In this document: in pieces, positions 10,030 to 18,666 of the stretch
Numbering within the stretch: position 1 is the stretch's first letter
Layout: the number at the start of each line of letters is the position of its first letter
Made by a program: the position numbers and the translations under genes
The notes under the pieces: model-generated
What the model was told of the DNA's origin: nothing
The model's database searches: none
What the model saw: the letters and a program-made list of their open reading frames with translations, nothing else
DNA from: a virus
Lineage: Duplodnaviria; Caudoviricetes
Virus record (IMG/VR): IMGVR_UViG_3300028591_000070
Location: 192,001-256,000 of that record
Reading direction: 5' to 3' (one strand)
DNA length: 64,000 nucleotides

Positions 10030-10806
10030 TTAACTTTTGCTATAATTATCTTTAAGTCTATTTACAAACTCTAATTCAAGCATTTCAATTGCATTGAGTT
10101 CTTTTTTAGATTTTGCAATATTCTTGAGATATTGCTCTTTAATGTGGCGATTACGAGGCTTCTTAAGACACAACTCTAAATAAAGAAGTGCCTTAAACAA
10201 TAGGGAATTATTGCCAACCACATCTTCATAGTCTTTTAAGATTTCCTGAATAATCTCATAAGGTGTAGACCTTAATCTAACAGAAGGATCACTATTCTCT
10301 TCACCATATAGTGTTTGTGCTCCAAATCTCTGCTGGTCATCAATAAAACTATATTCAGTATCTCCATTATTAAATGAAAAATCCAAAGAAAGAGTCTTAT
10401 CCTCATTCTTTGGACGATATAATACTTCAATAATCTTATAATTCAGATAACCTGCAAATGAAGCACCTACAAAAAACTCATAATTTATAACATAACAGCT
10501 CAAAAAAGCTGTAGTTGCTTGCAAAGCTTTCTCATAAACTTCTTCTGGCTCTAAGAAAGTTTTACTTTTGAGTTTCTGTAAGATTAGTGATTTTGAATAG
10601 CTGAGTAATACATCAAATAAAGCTGTCCATGCTTTAGAACGATCTTCAGGAGTATTAGCCATAAAATAATCATATTGATAAGCAAAACACTGTTGTTCTG
10701 TAGGAGGCTTTGTTTTAATGTCATTGATTAATGTTTTAGTATAAACTTTTTTAGCCAGCTTTTTAAGGTCTGGCTTTGGACTCTCAAAATAATTTACTAC
10801 ATCCAT
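10030..10806 (-). CDS. putative phage sigma factor (divergent, candidate late sigma)
   Basis: Helical region-2-like segment (EEVYEKALQA..AFL...SFAGYLNYKI..VLY) followed by TLSLD; no clear region 4. Confidence 0.5.
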   Translation of the reverse strand: MDVVNYFESPKPDLKKLAKKVYTKTLINDIKTKPPTEQQCFAYQYDYFMANTPEDRSKAWTALFDVLLSYSKSLILQKLKSKTFLEPEEVYEKALQATTAFLSCYVINYEFFVGASFAGYLNYKIIEVLYRPKNEDKTLSLDFSFNNGDTEYSFIDDQQRFGAQTLYGEENSDPSVRLRSTPYEIIQEILKDYEDVVGNNSLLFKALLYLELCLKKPRNRHIKEQYLKNIAKSKKELNAIEMLELEFVNRLKDNYSKS

Positions 10807-10836
10807 AGTTAATAATACTATATTAACATAGAATTT

Positions 10837-11055
10837 TTATTTAACCTGAATAATCTCTAATTTATAGTCTGGATGCTCTTTTGAAGCCTTATCTAGTGTC
10901 CGCTGAGCTTGAGAATATGTATAATTTCTTCCACCTAATATAGAATTATTGGCCTTATTTTTTACTAACCATATATGTGTTTCACCTAATGGACCTAAAT
11001 CATCTAATCCAAATAGGCTATCTAACTCATCTTGCTTAATTGATACGTTATCCAT
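10837..11055 (-). CDS. hypothetical protein
   Basis: 72 aa ORF in coupled small-gene operon. Confidence 0.65.
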   Translation of the reverse strand: MDNVSIKQDELDSLFGLDDLGPLGETHIWLVKNKANNSILGGRNYTYSQAQRTLDKASKEHPDYKLEIIQVK

Positions 11056-11281
11056 TTCTGTTTAAATTAGTTTCCATAAGTAGTTTACTAGCTTTTATTT
11101 TAATTCCCAAACTATAATAAGGATTTACATTAATATATTGACAAGCTTCTTCGGTTGTTAACTTAAACTCATTCATTATGAATTCAACTGTTTCTCGATA
11201 GCACTGTCGGTAAACTTCTATTTCTTTAGGTGTCATGCTAACTCCATCTATGAGTATATCCATGTTTTTTCTTGCATTCAT
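11048..11281 (-). CDS. small protein, 'F.LT.EEA..Y' family member 1
   Basis: IMNEFKLTTEEACQY. Confidence 0.7.
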   Translation of the reverse strand: MNARKNMDILIDGVSMTPKEIEVYRQCYRETVEFIMNEFKLTTEEACQYINVNPYYSLGIKIKASKLLMETNLNRNG

Positions 11282-11468
11282 CTTCTCGTTCTTTGCGTTT
11301 TATAGCTACTTCTAATCGAGCATTTTGTCTAACCTGTATACCATAGTCACGATTCATTTCAAAATATTTTGTTGCTTCTTCAGGAGTCAAACCAAATTCT
11401 TTTTGAATAGACTCAATTACCAACATATAATGTTTATACAAAATATCTTTGTCTAATACTGCAATCAT
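11238..11468 (-). CDS. small protein, 'F.LT.EEA..Y' family member 2
   Basis: IQKEFGLTPEEATKY. Confidence 0.7.
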   Translation of the reverse strand: MIAVLDKDILYKHYMLVIESIQKEFGLTPEEATKYFEMNRDYGIQVRQNARLEVAIKRKEREDECKKKHGYTHRWS

Positions 11469-11713
11469 ATATTATGATACCATTTATCTAAAGGAATTCT
11501 AGAAGCTCCATAATGTTTATCTACAAAATCTGCCCAAGAACGTTGTTTTACCATAGGCTCATAGTTTAATTGCTTAAAATAAGTAAGAGCTTCATTTTTT
11601 GTTAAATCAAATTTTTTCTGTAATTTAGAAACTACATATGATTTATGCTGGTCGTAAACTTTTTTATGTCCATCATCTAAATCTTTTAGAGAGACTGTCT
11701 TATTAGTTATCAT
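11465..11713 (-). CDS. small protein, 'F.LT.EEA..Y' family member 3
   Basis: LQKKFDLTKNEALTY. Confidence 0.7.
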   Translation of the reverse strand: MITNKTVSLKDLDDGHKKVYDQHKSYVVSKLQKKFDLTKNEALTYFKQLNYEPMVKQRSWADFVDKHYGASRIPLDKWYHNI

Positions 11714-11840
11714 AATTCCATAAGAGGATAACTACAAAAATTCCTAAAAAAGGATGACCACAACAACATAAAATTGCGCCTAAAAGAAATGCTAAACAGT
11801 TACTGAAAAATGCGTTGTCATTATCATTATTCTTTTTCAT
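11703..11840 (-). CDS. small membrane protein (45 aa, not in ORF track)
   Basis: MKKNNDNDNAFFSNCLAFLLGAILCCCGHPFLGIFVVILLWNYDN fills the gap in the operon. Confidence 0.6.
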   Translation of the reverse strand: MKKNNDNDNAFFSNCLAFLLGAILCCCGHPFLGIFVVILLWNYDN

Positions 11841-12057
11841 TATTATTCTCTTTTAATTGTTTTTCCCAAATCTCTTCATCAGAAGGTTTAATCTCATTTT
11901 CTTCTACAAGCATATCGAAGTATTTTTCAGCTTCATCATCCTGTAATGAATGTTGCTCCTTGAGTGAAGAAATCGCCACTTGTTCCAAACCAGTATCGAT
12001 ATCTAACTTGAAGACATCCTTGAAATCCTGGTTGCTTACACTTGTCTTCTTCATCAT
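11827..12057 (-). CDS. small protein, 'F.LT.EEA..Y' family member 4
   Basis: LKEQHSLQDDEAEKY; early promoter at 12060-12068. Confidence 0.7.
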   Translation of the reverse strand: MMKKTSVSNQDFKDVFKLDIDTGLEQVAISSLKEQHSLQDDEAEKYFDMLVEENEIKPSDEEIWEKQLKENNNEKE

Positions 12058-12068
12058 ATAGAATATAC

Positions 12069-12359
12069 CTATTTCCTTATTAATAATTCATATTTAATAC
12101 TATCCTTTAAGATAGTTGGCTTAATATTAGTGGCTCTTAATTTCTTCATATATAACAAATTAAACTTGACGTCTAAGCGCTCTATGCAAAATGAAGTGCC
12201 ATATTCATGCAAGCCAAAATTATTTACCTTTTCATTTTCTTTATTTTGTACAGCGGCATATTCCCACCATGAAAAAGGAACTACAAAAACACCAAAAGCT
12301 TGAGTCATTTTAATTATGTAATTCAATTTAATGTCAAAAACTTGTTCAATAGGCTGCAT
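12069..12359 (-). CDS. hypothetical late protein
   Basis: 96 aa ORF; ACTAAT on minus strand at 12368-12373. Confidence 0.6.
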   Translation of the reverse strand: MQPIEQVFDIKLNYIIKMTQAFGVFVVPFSWWEYAAVQNKENEKVNNFGLHEYGTSFCIERLDVKFNLLYMKKLRATNIKPTILKDSIKYELLIRK

Positions 12360-12367
12360 AGGATTTA

Positions 12368-12385
12368 ATTAGTTTTAAAACTAAT
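12368..12385. promoter_or_regulatory. divergent pair of late-type ACTAAT promoter motifs
   Basis: ATTAGT-tttaaa-ACTAAT, 6-8 nt from each ATG; motif recurs before tail, baseplate and internal-protein genes. Confidence 0.65.
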
Positions 12386-12391
12386 TAAAAC

Positions 12392-13174
12392 ATGATTTTA
12401 AATGTTATTGACTTTAATGATAATCTTAAAAAATCATATAGAAATAGATATTGCCTTTATCGAAATCTCGAATTAGGTCATGAAATTCATGTTTATAATG
12501 AGAATTCTAAATTAATGAAGGCTTGTCAAAGTACATTAACAGATGAGATGAAAAATATTTTAAAACGAACTCATTTTTCTCCAACATATGAATACTATAA
12601 ATTATTTTTAATGCAACACATAGAAGGATGGTTTACAGAAAGCGATACAATAGTCTATTCAACAAATTTAAATCCAAATAAAACTGTTCCAGGTACGATG
12701 CCAGTATATTATGACTCACAACATTGCTTACTTATACTTAATTTTTGTACTTGGATGCCAATTTATATTCATCTTGATGAAATTACAAAATTTTTTCTAA
12801 AAAAATCTTTTGATACTTTACACCTTTATATTAAAGAAGATATGTATCATAAGGGCTATATGATGAGTGAACTTTTTTGCCAAGAAATTATAGCTAAACC
12901 TTACTGCTCAAGCTATGATGAAGACCTTAAAGACCTTTGCGAAAAGTTTAATTTTATTAATATACCAGTAGACTTTGTTCATCATTCAGTTGGTAATCTT
13001 GAAACAATACCTCCTAATTATGTAAATCCTGATTCCCCAGAAAAAGTTCAAGATTATAAATCTGCAAAGCTTTGCTTAAAAAGAGACCAAGAAAATAATA
13101 TTCTTTTTATTGATAAGAGTCTTATTTATTATGATGATTTACTAAAATTTGATACTTTTAAAATTATGCCTTAA
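12392..13174 (+). CDS. putative glycosyltransferase (GT32/DXD-like)
   Basis: YEYYKLFLMQHIEGWFTESDT resembles the sDxxRlxxLxxxGGxyxDxD signature. Confidence 0.5.
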   Translation: MILNVIDFNDNLKKSYRNRYCLYRNLELGHEIHVYNENSKLMKACQSTLTDEMKNILKRTHFSPTYEYYKLFLMQHIEGWFTESDTIVYSTNLNPNKTVPGTMPVYYDSQHCLLILNFCTWMPIYIHLDEITKFFLKKSFDTLHLYIKEDMYHKGYMMSELFCQEIIAKPYCSSYDEDLKDLCEKFNFINIPVDFVHHSVGNLETIPPNYVNPDSPEKVQDYKSAKLCLKRDQENNILFIDKSLIYYDDLLKFDTFKIMP

Positions 13175-13571
13175 GAGCTATTTTTCTAAGCTTCATTTCC
13201 CAGTCTTCTTCTGGATTATAACTTATAACTGAATGTGTAACAATACGATACCACCAGTAAAAATGTTCATTTCTATCTACAGGATCACCATTTAAGGGAT
13301 TTTGATAATCATCCATTCTTCTGTGCACCCATCTTACTAAACAAACTACATTATGTGGATTATAAATATGCTCTGGCTCTTCTGAGGCTGCAAACACATG
13401 AGCATGATCAATTTGCATTTGATTTCCAGGCTTGCATTGGAAAGACTCTTTCATTGATAAACACATCTTAAATGTATCTTGACATCTATCTCTTTGGTCT
13501 ACTTTTCTTTTACATTCTTGCCAGAATGGGTCTGCATTAGACCTTCGTCCATATTCTACTTTATTAGCCAT
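13164..13571 (-). CDS. HNH-type endonuclease (late)
   Basis: Start reassigned to MANKVEY (ACTAAA upstream); QIDHAHVF...YNPHNVVCL..WVH. Confidence 0.65.
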   Translation of the reverse strand: MANKVEYGRRSNADPFWQECKRKVDQRDRCQDTFKMCLSMKESFQCKPGNQMQIDHAHVFAASEEPEHIYNPHNVVCLVRWVHRRMDDYQNPLNGDPVDRNEHFYWWYRIVTHSVISYNPEEDWEMKLRKIALKA

Positions 13572-13613
13572 ACTTAATTTAGTAGTTAATATTAACTCAA
13601 AGAGAGGTTTAAA

Positions 13614-13880
13614 GTGACACGATCTAAAGCAAATGACCTTTGGAAAAATTTTCATGATCGCTATGATTTATTTATTATAAATCCAGAAGTAGTACAAGAA
13701 CAAACTTGTGAAAAATTAAAATCAGATTTCGGCCTTTCAGATGATGAAGCCAAAAATTATTATGATATGATAAAAGACGAAGAAAACAATAAAATCATTA
13801 AAGAAGTTGAAAAAAAGGTAAGAGTAGAAGTAAAATCTACTAGTACTTTTAAGGTTGAATTTAATTATGGTAAACAATGA
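13614..13880 (+). CDS. small protein, 'F.LT.EEA..Y' family member 5
   Basis: LKSDFGLSDDEAKNY; GTTAATAT at 13585, GAGAGG SD. Confidence 0.7.
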   Translation: MTRSKANDLWKNFHDRYDLFIINPEVVQEQTCEKLKSDFGLSDDEAKNYYDMIKDEENNKIIKEVEKKVRVEVKSTSTFKVEFNYGKQ

Positions 13881-14115
13881 TAAAGATTTTCTTTCAGAGA
13901 ATTATCAAAAACACAAGAAAAATATGGTAGATGGTATTAAAAAGAAATATGGTCTAACAGATGAAGAAGCCGAAGAATATTATTATTTAGACCCTCAATA
14001 CGCTCAAGCAGCATTATTATGCGCAGCTATTGAAAATGGTCCACCTAGTTCTGAACCTAATACAGTCAATGTTACTGTGAGTCCTCAAGTTGCACAATTT
14101 TTGAAGTTGCTATAA
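13867..14115 (+). CDS. small protein, 'F.LT.EEA..Y' family member 6
   Basis: IKKKYGLTDEEAEEY; ATG at 13867. Confidence 0.7.
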   Translation: MVNNDKDFLSENYQKHKKNMVDGIKKKYGLTDEEAEEYYYLDPQYAQAALLCAAIENGPPSSEPNTVNVTVSPQVAQFLKLL

Positions 14116-14141
14116 TTTTCTAAGTATATTCTATGAAGTTG

Positions 14142-14165
14142 AAAGTGGCTTTTATGCCGCTTTTT
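14142..14165 (+). terminator. intrinsic terminator
   Basis: AAAGTGGC-tttat-GCCGCTTTTT. Confidence 0.6.
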
Positions 14166-14191
14166 ATATTTTAAAACTAATTTTAATAACT

Positions 14192-15403
14192 ATGAAAATT
14201 AAAGCTTTATTTATACATGGATTTGGTGGCTCTAAAGACTCTAGAACTGGTAAAGTAGTTGCTTCTATTTTGAAAGAGTACGATATTGAAACAATTACTG
14301 AAACTTTTAATCTATTAAATGTTGATGAGACTCTTGCTAAAATTGATAGTATCATATTAAAAAACAATGTACATCTTCTATTAGGTACTTCTTTAGGCGG
14401 TTTTTATACGTTAGCATATGATGGCCTTGTTGACAAAATTGTAATAAATCCATGTATGAAGCCTTCAGATGAAATCCCAAAATTAGACCCAAGCATTTCA
14501 GAAGAAACTATTTATGATTATATGGATTATGAAGACTATATCTTCGATTCTAAAAATAATATAAATACTCGTGGTATTTTTGGTACTAAAGATGAATTAT
14601 TTGGTGATAAATTTTTAATTCAATTCAAAAAATATTATGGTGCTGAAAATGCTTTTACTTTTAATGGTGGTCATCATGGAGCTGAAGGTGCTGAAAATGC
14701 TTTAAGAGATGCTATCGATTCTTTAGGAATTAAACAAGTTGATAAAATGTTTGATGATGAAGATGATGTAGCCGAGCCAATTTTCCATGTTGTAAGAGAA
14801 TCAAAATTAAGTGAAAGCTTTAAAAATCTTTTCCCAAAAGAACAAACTGTAGATGCTGGCCTTAAGCAAGAAGTGTATGATATTTTTAAAGAAGGATATG
14901 CTTCTATAGGTGGAATGGCTGGTGGTGAAACAATTGATAAGTTTTATTCCAAAGTTGATATGATTAAAATCAACAAAAAGGATGGTTCAATTGCTGCTCT
15001 ATGTGCATATCGTTTTGATAAAGGTGGTCGTAAATTAGTTTATTGTACTGCTAATAAAAAACATCCTAAAGGAAAAGAAGCTCTTATCCAAATAATGCAA
15101 GATGATATTAGAAGAACAGAGCGTGGTTTCTGGGGTGAAGTATCTGAACAACCTCTTCATATGTATATTAAATATGCCAACGCTCCTGTTATAAATGCTG
15201 ATGAAATGAAAAAATACATGAAAGGTGAAGATTTCATTGGCATAAATACTGAAAAAGATTTAAATAATATTGATCCAAAATTCAGAGATGAATATAAACA
15301 AGCTTATGTTCGTAAATTAGGTGATGGCAAATATCATGCAAAAGTAGGTATTGGACAGCTTCCATCTGAAAAAGTATTTGAGAACATCTTGCATACTAAT
15401 TAA
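14192..15403 (+). CDS. YqiA/UPF0227-like alpha/beta hydrolase fused to a second domain (late)
   Basis: FIHGFGGS, GTSLGG nucleophile elbow, INP, D and GGHH; linker VVRESKLSES. Confidence 0.8.
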   Translation: MKIKALFIHGFGGSKDSRTGKVVASILKEYDIETITETFNLLNVDETLAKIDSIILKNNVHLLLGTSLGGFYTLAYDGLVDKIVINPCMKPSDEIPKLDPSISEETIYDYMDYEDYIFDSKNNINTRGIFGTKDELFGDKFLIQFKKYYGAENAFTFNGGHHGAEGAENALRDAIDSLGIKQVDKMFDDEDDVAEPIFHVVRESKLSESFKNLFPKEQTVDAGLKQEVYDIFKEGYASIGGMAGGETIDKFYSKVDMIKINKKDGSIAALCAYRFDKGGRKLVYCTANKKHPKGKEALIQIMQDDIRRTERGFWGEVSEQPLHMYIKYANAPVINADEMKKYMKGEDFIGINTEKDLNNIDPKFRDEYKQAYVRKLGDGKYHAKVGIGQLPSEKVFENILHTN

Positions 15404-15406
15404 TTT

Positions 15407-16672
15407 ATGGAATTTACAGAAAAATTAGCAAACCTCATTATGATACAATATTATCTTGCCATGGACCTTGAAATTCATGACACAGATTTTTCTCTTAAAG
15501 AAGTAGAAATTGGACAAAAAGCCTTAGATGAAAATGGTGGCTCTGAAAAAGCTCTCTCAAATGCTTTAGATGATTATATTAAAGAAAATGACTGGACTGG
15601 ATATTTAGGAACTTTTGGTTCTGGAAATCGAGAAAGAGGCTTTGCCGTTGAAGGATTTTTTGAAGCTTGTGGTAGAAGCCTTACATATAATGAATTAGAA
15701 GAGTCTACAAAAATTAAGGAAAATGAAGAAGAAAGTCCTTGGTTTTGGATAGCTTATAATGAGGATGCTCATTCTTATGAAATTTTACAAGGCCCACCTA
15801 AAACTAAAGATTATGCCTCTTACTGTGAATTTGATAGAAAATATTTAGATAAAATAATAGATTTATTCCCTAAATTAAATTCCATAGCAGATAAACCTGT
15901 TGAAATTTGGGATGTTGTTGAATCTAATCCCTTCAGTGACCATTCTTCTAGTAATTGGTTCTTTAGTGAAGAAGAAGCTAATGATTATTATGATGAGCTT
16001 TGTGGTAATCAAGGCGGCAGAAGTTCTTATGACGATGACGAAGGTGGAATGGACTACAGTATTGATGAATTAGAACAGCCATTTAAGGATGTTTTATATG
16101 AATTATCTCAAGACATGAATAATGAAGAGCTTATTAGATATATTGAATCTTTTGATAGTGATGAATTAACTGAACGAGCTCTTGAAATAGGTAATGGTAA
16201 AGTTTATGCTGTTCAAGATGCTTTTTATACAAGAAAAACTCATGATGCTACTGGTGAAAAAGACATCATGATTAAAAATGGTGATAGAGATCCAAGCTTA
16301 ACTAATACTGAAAAAGATATTGCCAAAAAATCAATTGAAGTCCTAAAAAAGATGGGTAAATTAGGTGACATCAGCAAAGAATATAATGTAGACCATGGCC
16401 CAGATTTAACTTATATACCAGTAGAAGATACAGTAAAAGTTACGCCAGATAATGGCTCGCAACCTTATAAGATTAAAATTCCAGAAGCATTATCATTCTT
16501 AAAATCTTATGAATATGATATTTTAGATGAAGCAGTTGCAGTTTATACTAAAGCTGATGAATGTAAAAAAGCTTTACAAGAAAGCTTTTTGGTTATTGAA
16601 ACTGTAAGCCCTGCCGATAATAAAAATTTTGGATATTTAGAAAATGAAGTTACAATTTTCAAAGTAAAATAA
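15407..16672 (+). CDS. acidic late protein, putative internal head protein
   Basis: ACTAAT at 15395; very acidic; LEES/IKEN/LQES motifs. Confidence 0.65.
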   Translation: MEFTEKLANLIMIQYYLAMDLEIHDTDFSLKEVEIGQKALDENGGSEKALSNALDDYIKENDWTGYLGTFGSGNRERGFAVEGFFEACGRSLTYNELEESTKIKENEEESPWFWIAYNEDAHSYEILQGPPKTKDYASYCEFDRKYLDKIIDLFPKLNSIADKPVEIWDVVESNPFSDHSSSNWFFSEEEANDYYDELCGNQGGRSSYDDDEGGMDYSIDELEQPFKDVLYELSQDMNNEELIRYIESFDSDELTERALEIGNGKVYAVQDAFYTRKTHDATGEKDIMIKNGDRDPSLTNTEKDIAKKSIEVLKKMGKLGDISKEYNVDHGPDLTYIPVEDTVKVTPDNGSQPYKIKIPEALSFLKSYEYDILDEAVAVYTKADECKKALQESFLVIETVSPADNKNFGYLENEVTIFKVK

Positions 16673-16690
16673 AGTCATTTTTTATTTATA

Positions 16691-16826
16691 TCCAGTCAGT
16701 AAGGAACCTAAGGCGGTGCCGTGGTTCACTTTGGGGTTGCCGCGGCTAGCCCAAAGACATCTTTTTAGACTTGCAAAAGTCTGGAAAGTGGTCATCTTTA
16801 AATATAATTTAACAGTGACCAGTTTC
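16691..16826. ncRNA. candidate structured RNA
   Basis: GC-rich intergenic island with four stems: GAACC/GGTTC, CTTTGGG/CCCAAAG, AGACTT-GCAA-AAGTCT, GGTCA/TGACC. Confidence 0.45.
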
Positions 16827-16840
16827 ATGAGTTTTTAAAT

Positions 16841-17056
16841 ATGGGAAAGTATAAATTATTTGAAAGAATATTAAAAGAAAGCCTCACTCCTGAAGAAAAT
16901 GATATTTATACTGCTGGGTATAATGCTTTTTACAATGACAATGATGAATGTCCTTATGATCCTCAATTAAACATAACTGAATTTAAGATTTGGGTTTGGG
17001 GATATAAGGACGCTGAAGGTGAGCTTCTAGATAAAGAATATTTTGATTTCCAATAA
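16841..17056 (+). CDS. ribosome modulation factor (Rmf/CrpP)-like protein
   Basis: GYNA...CPY...WVWGYKDA matches the Rmf pattern GYxA...CPY...WxxGWxxA; N-terminal ILKES. Confidence 0.6.
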   Translation: MGKYKLFERILKESLTPEENDIYTAGYNAFYNDNDECPYDPQLNITEFKIWVWGYKDAEGELLDKEYFDFQ

Positions 17057-17353
17057 TTATTTAAAATAAATCATTAAATAATCATCTTTTATAAAATAGT
17101 TTATAATTTCTATATCTTTATGCAAATAATCTTCTATTAGAAATTTAAAGCCATTTATCATAATGTCATTCCATTCTATATTTGTTGGCTTCTTAATCTC
17201 AAAAAAATTAGTCATATTGCAATAGTCATTGGTCCTACTTAGATAAAGAATCCAATTATTAGAGTCTACTGCTATTTGAGGAAATTTTGTAATCCAATCT
17301 TTATCAAAATAAAATGCCATGCCATCAGCAAAGCAATGCCAACACCACTCCAT
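17057..17353 (-). CDS. hypothetical late protein
   Basis: 98 aa ORF; ACTAAA on minus strand at 17360-17365. Confidence 0.6.
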   Translation of the reverse strand: MEWCWHCFADGMAFYFDKDWITKFPQIAVDSNNWILYLSRTNDYCNMTNFFEIKKPTNIEWNDIMINGFKFLIEDYLHKDIEIINYFIKDDYLMIYFK

Positions 17354-17395
17354 AAAAAATTTAGTATTTTTGATAATTCTTAGGTATATTCTATT

Positions 17396-17893
17396 ATGAG
17401 GTTGGTCATGAGAACATCTATAAATAAATTAAGAAATCGAGCTAAGTTTAGAGCTCAAATTAAAGATAAAATAGCAGATTTCGAAGTTAGAAAATGGATT
17501 TTCTCTTATAGTATAAGAGAAAGGTGTGACTTGGCTCATGATACTCGGATATTTATTAGAGACTTAAAGAGGGAATTGAAAAGAAGTTTAGGATATGGTC
17601 ATATTATTCTTCCTAAACGCGAAAGCTATAGGGACATTTGGAGATTCAATACTGATCCACATTTTGTCAGCTCAGATATAGCATATATTTACAGTAAGTT
17701 GCAGAAGGTATTTATAGATATTGATTCAATATATTTGTCTATAAGGTTCTGCAAATCATGGTGGGAAGATCTTAATGGTAACTGTCACTATAACTTGGAT
17801 TATCTTACTAGAATGCCTGACGAACTTCATATAGTGGAGTTCAATTTATGTGAGGCAAAACCTGATATAAAAAAACTTATTAAGGAGGAATAA
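17396..17893 (+). CDS. hypothetical early protein
   Basis: GTATATTCT at 17384-17392, 3 nt before the ATG. Confidence 0.7.
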   Translation: MRLVMRTSINKLRNRAKFRAQIKDKIADFEVRKWIFSYSIRERCDLAHDTRIFIRDLKRELKRSLGYGHIILPKRESYRDIWRFNTDPHFVSSDIAYIYSKLQKVFIDIDSIYLSIRFCKSWWEDLNGNCHYNLDYLTRMPDELHIVEFNLCEAKPDIKKLIKEE

Positions 17894-17896
17894 ATT

Positions 17897-18634
17897 ATGG
17901 CATTAACAAAGGAACAGCAATATAAACTCATTAATAGGTATCAGAGTGGGGATAAGACTGCTTTAGTTGAATTGATTAAAGCAAATGAAGGTCTTGTCTG
18001 GGATAGTGCCTATAAGTTTTACAATATCCATAAGTCACGTTTGAAGACTGTAGCAGAAGCAGCAGATTTTGCCCAAGAAGGGTATATTGGCCTTATTGAA
18101 GGTATTAGACGCTTTGATACAACAAAAGATGTTGAGTTTAGTACTTATGTTAGATTTTGGATTGAACAAAGATGTCGCCTTTTTGCAAGAGAATATTACT
18201 CTTCTGTAAAAATTTCTACTACAAAATATGAACAGCTTATGAGAAAAAAGATGTATGAATCTTTTGGAGTAGACTGCATCAAGTCATCTACTTTGGATGA
18301 AGTTGATAGAATGGCAAAGGTCTCAAGTCTTAATGTTATTATAGGTGACTCATATGACGAAATGATCGACCTTTTGGCAGATAATAATGCAGAAGACCCA
18401 CTAAATAAATGTGCGCAAGCATCAGAGCATGATTATTTGCAGCATCTATTTGATAAATATCTTACTGAAAGAGAGCAGCATATCATTAAACTTAGAACAA
18501 ACTGGGATAAGTGCATGGAAGATTTTGCTACTCTTCAAGAAATCGGTGATGATATGGGCATTACTCGTGAAAGAGTTCGCCAAATCGAAAACAAAGCATA
18601 TAAAAAGTTAAAGTCACATCTTAAAGATTACTAA
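17897..18634 (+). CDS. sigma-70 family RNA polymerase sigma factor
   Basis: LIKANEGLV, DFAQEGYIGL...RFD...FSTYVRFWI (region 2); TLQEIG..MGITRERVRQIE (region 4). Confidence 0.93.
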   Translation: MALTKEQQYKLINRYQSGDKTALVELIKANEGLVWDSAYKFYNIHKSRLKTVAEAADFAQEGYIGLIEGIRRFDTTKDVEFSTYVRFWIEQRCRLFAREYYSSVKISTTKYEQLMRKKMYESFGVDCIKSSTLDEVDRMAKVSSLNVIIGDSYDEMIDLLADNNAEDPLNKCAQASEHDYLQHLFDKYLTEREQHIIKLRTNWDKCMEDFATLQEIGDDMGITRERVRQIENKAYKKLKSHLKDY

Positions 18635-18666
18635 TCTTCGGGTTTTCCTTATAAACTAAATTTATT

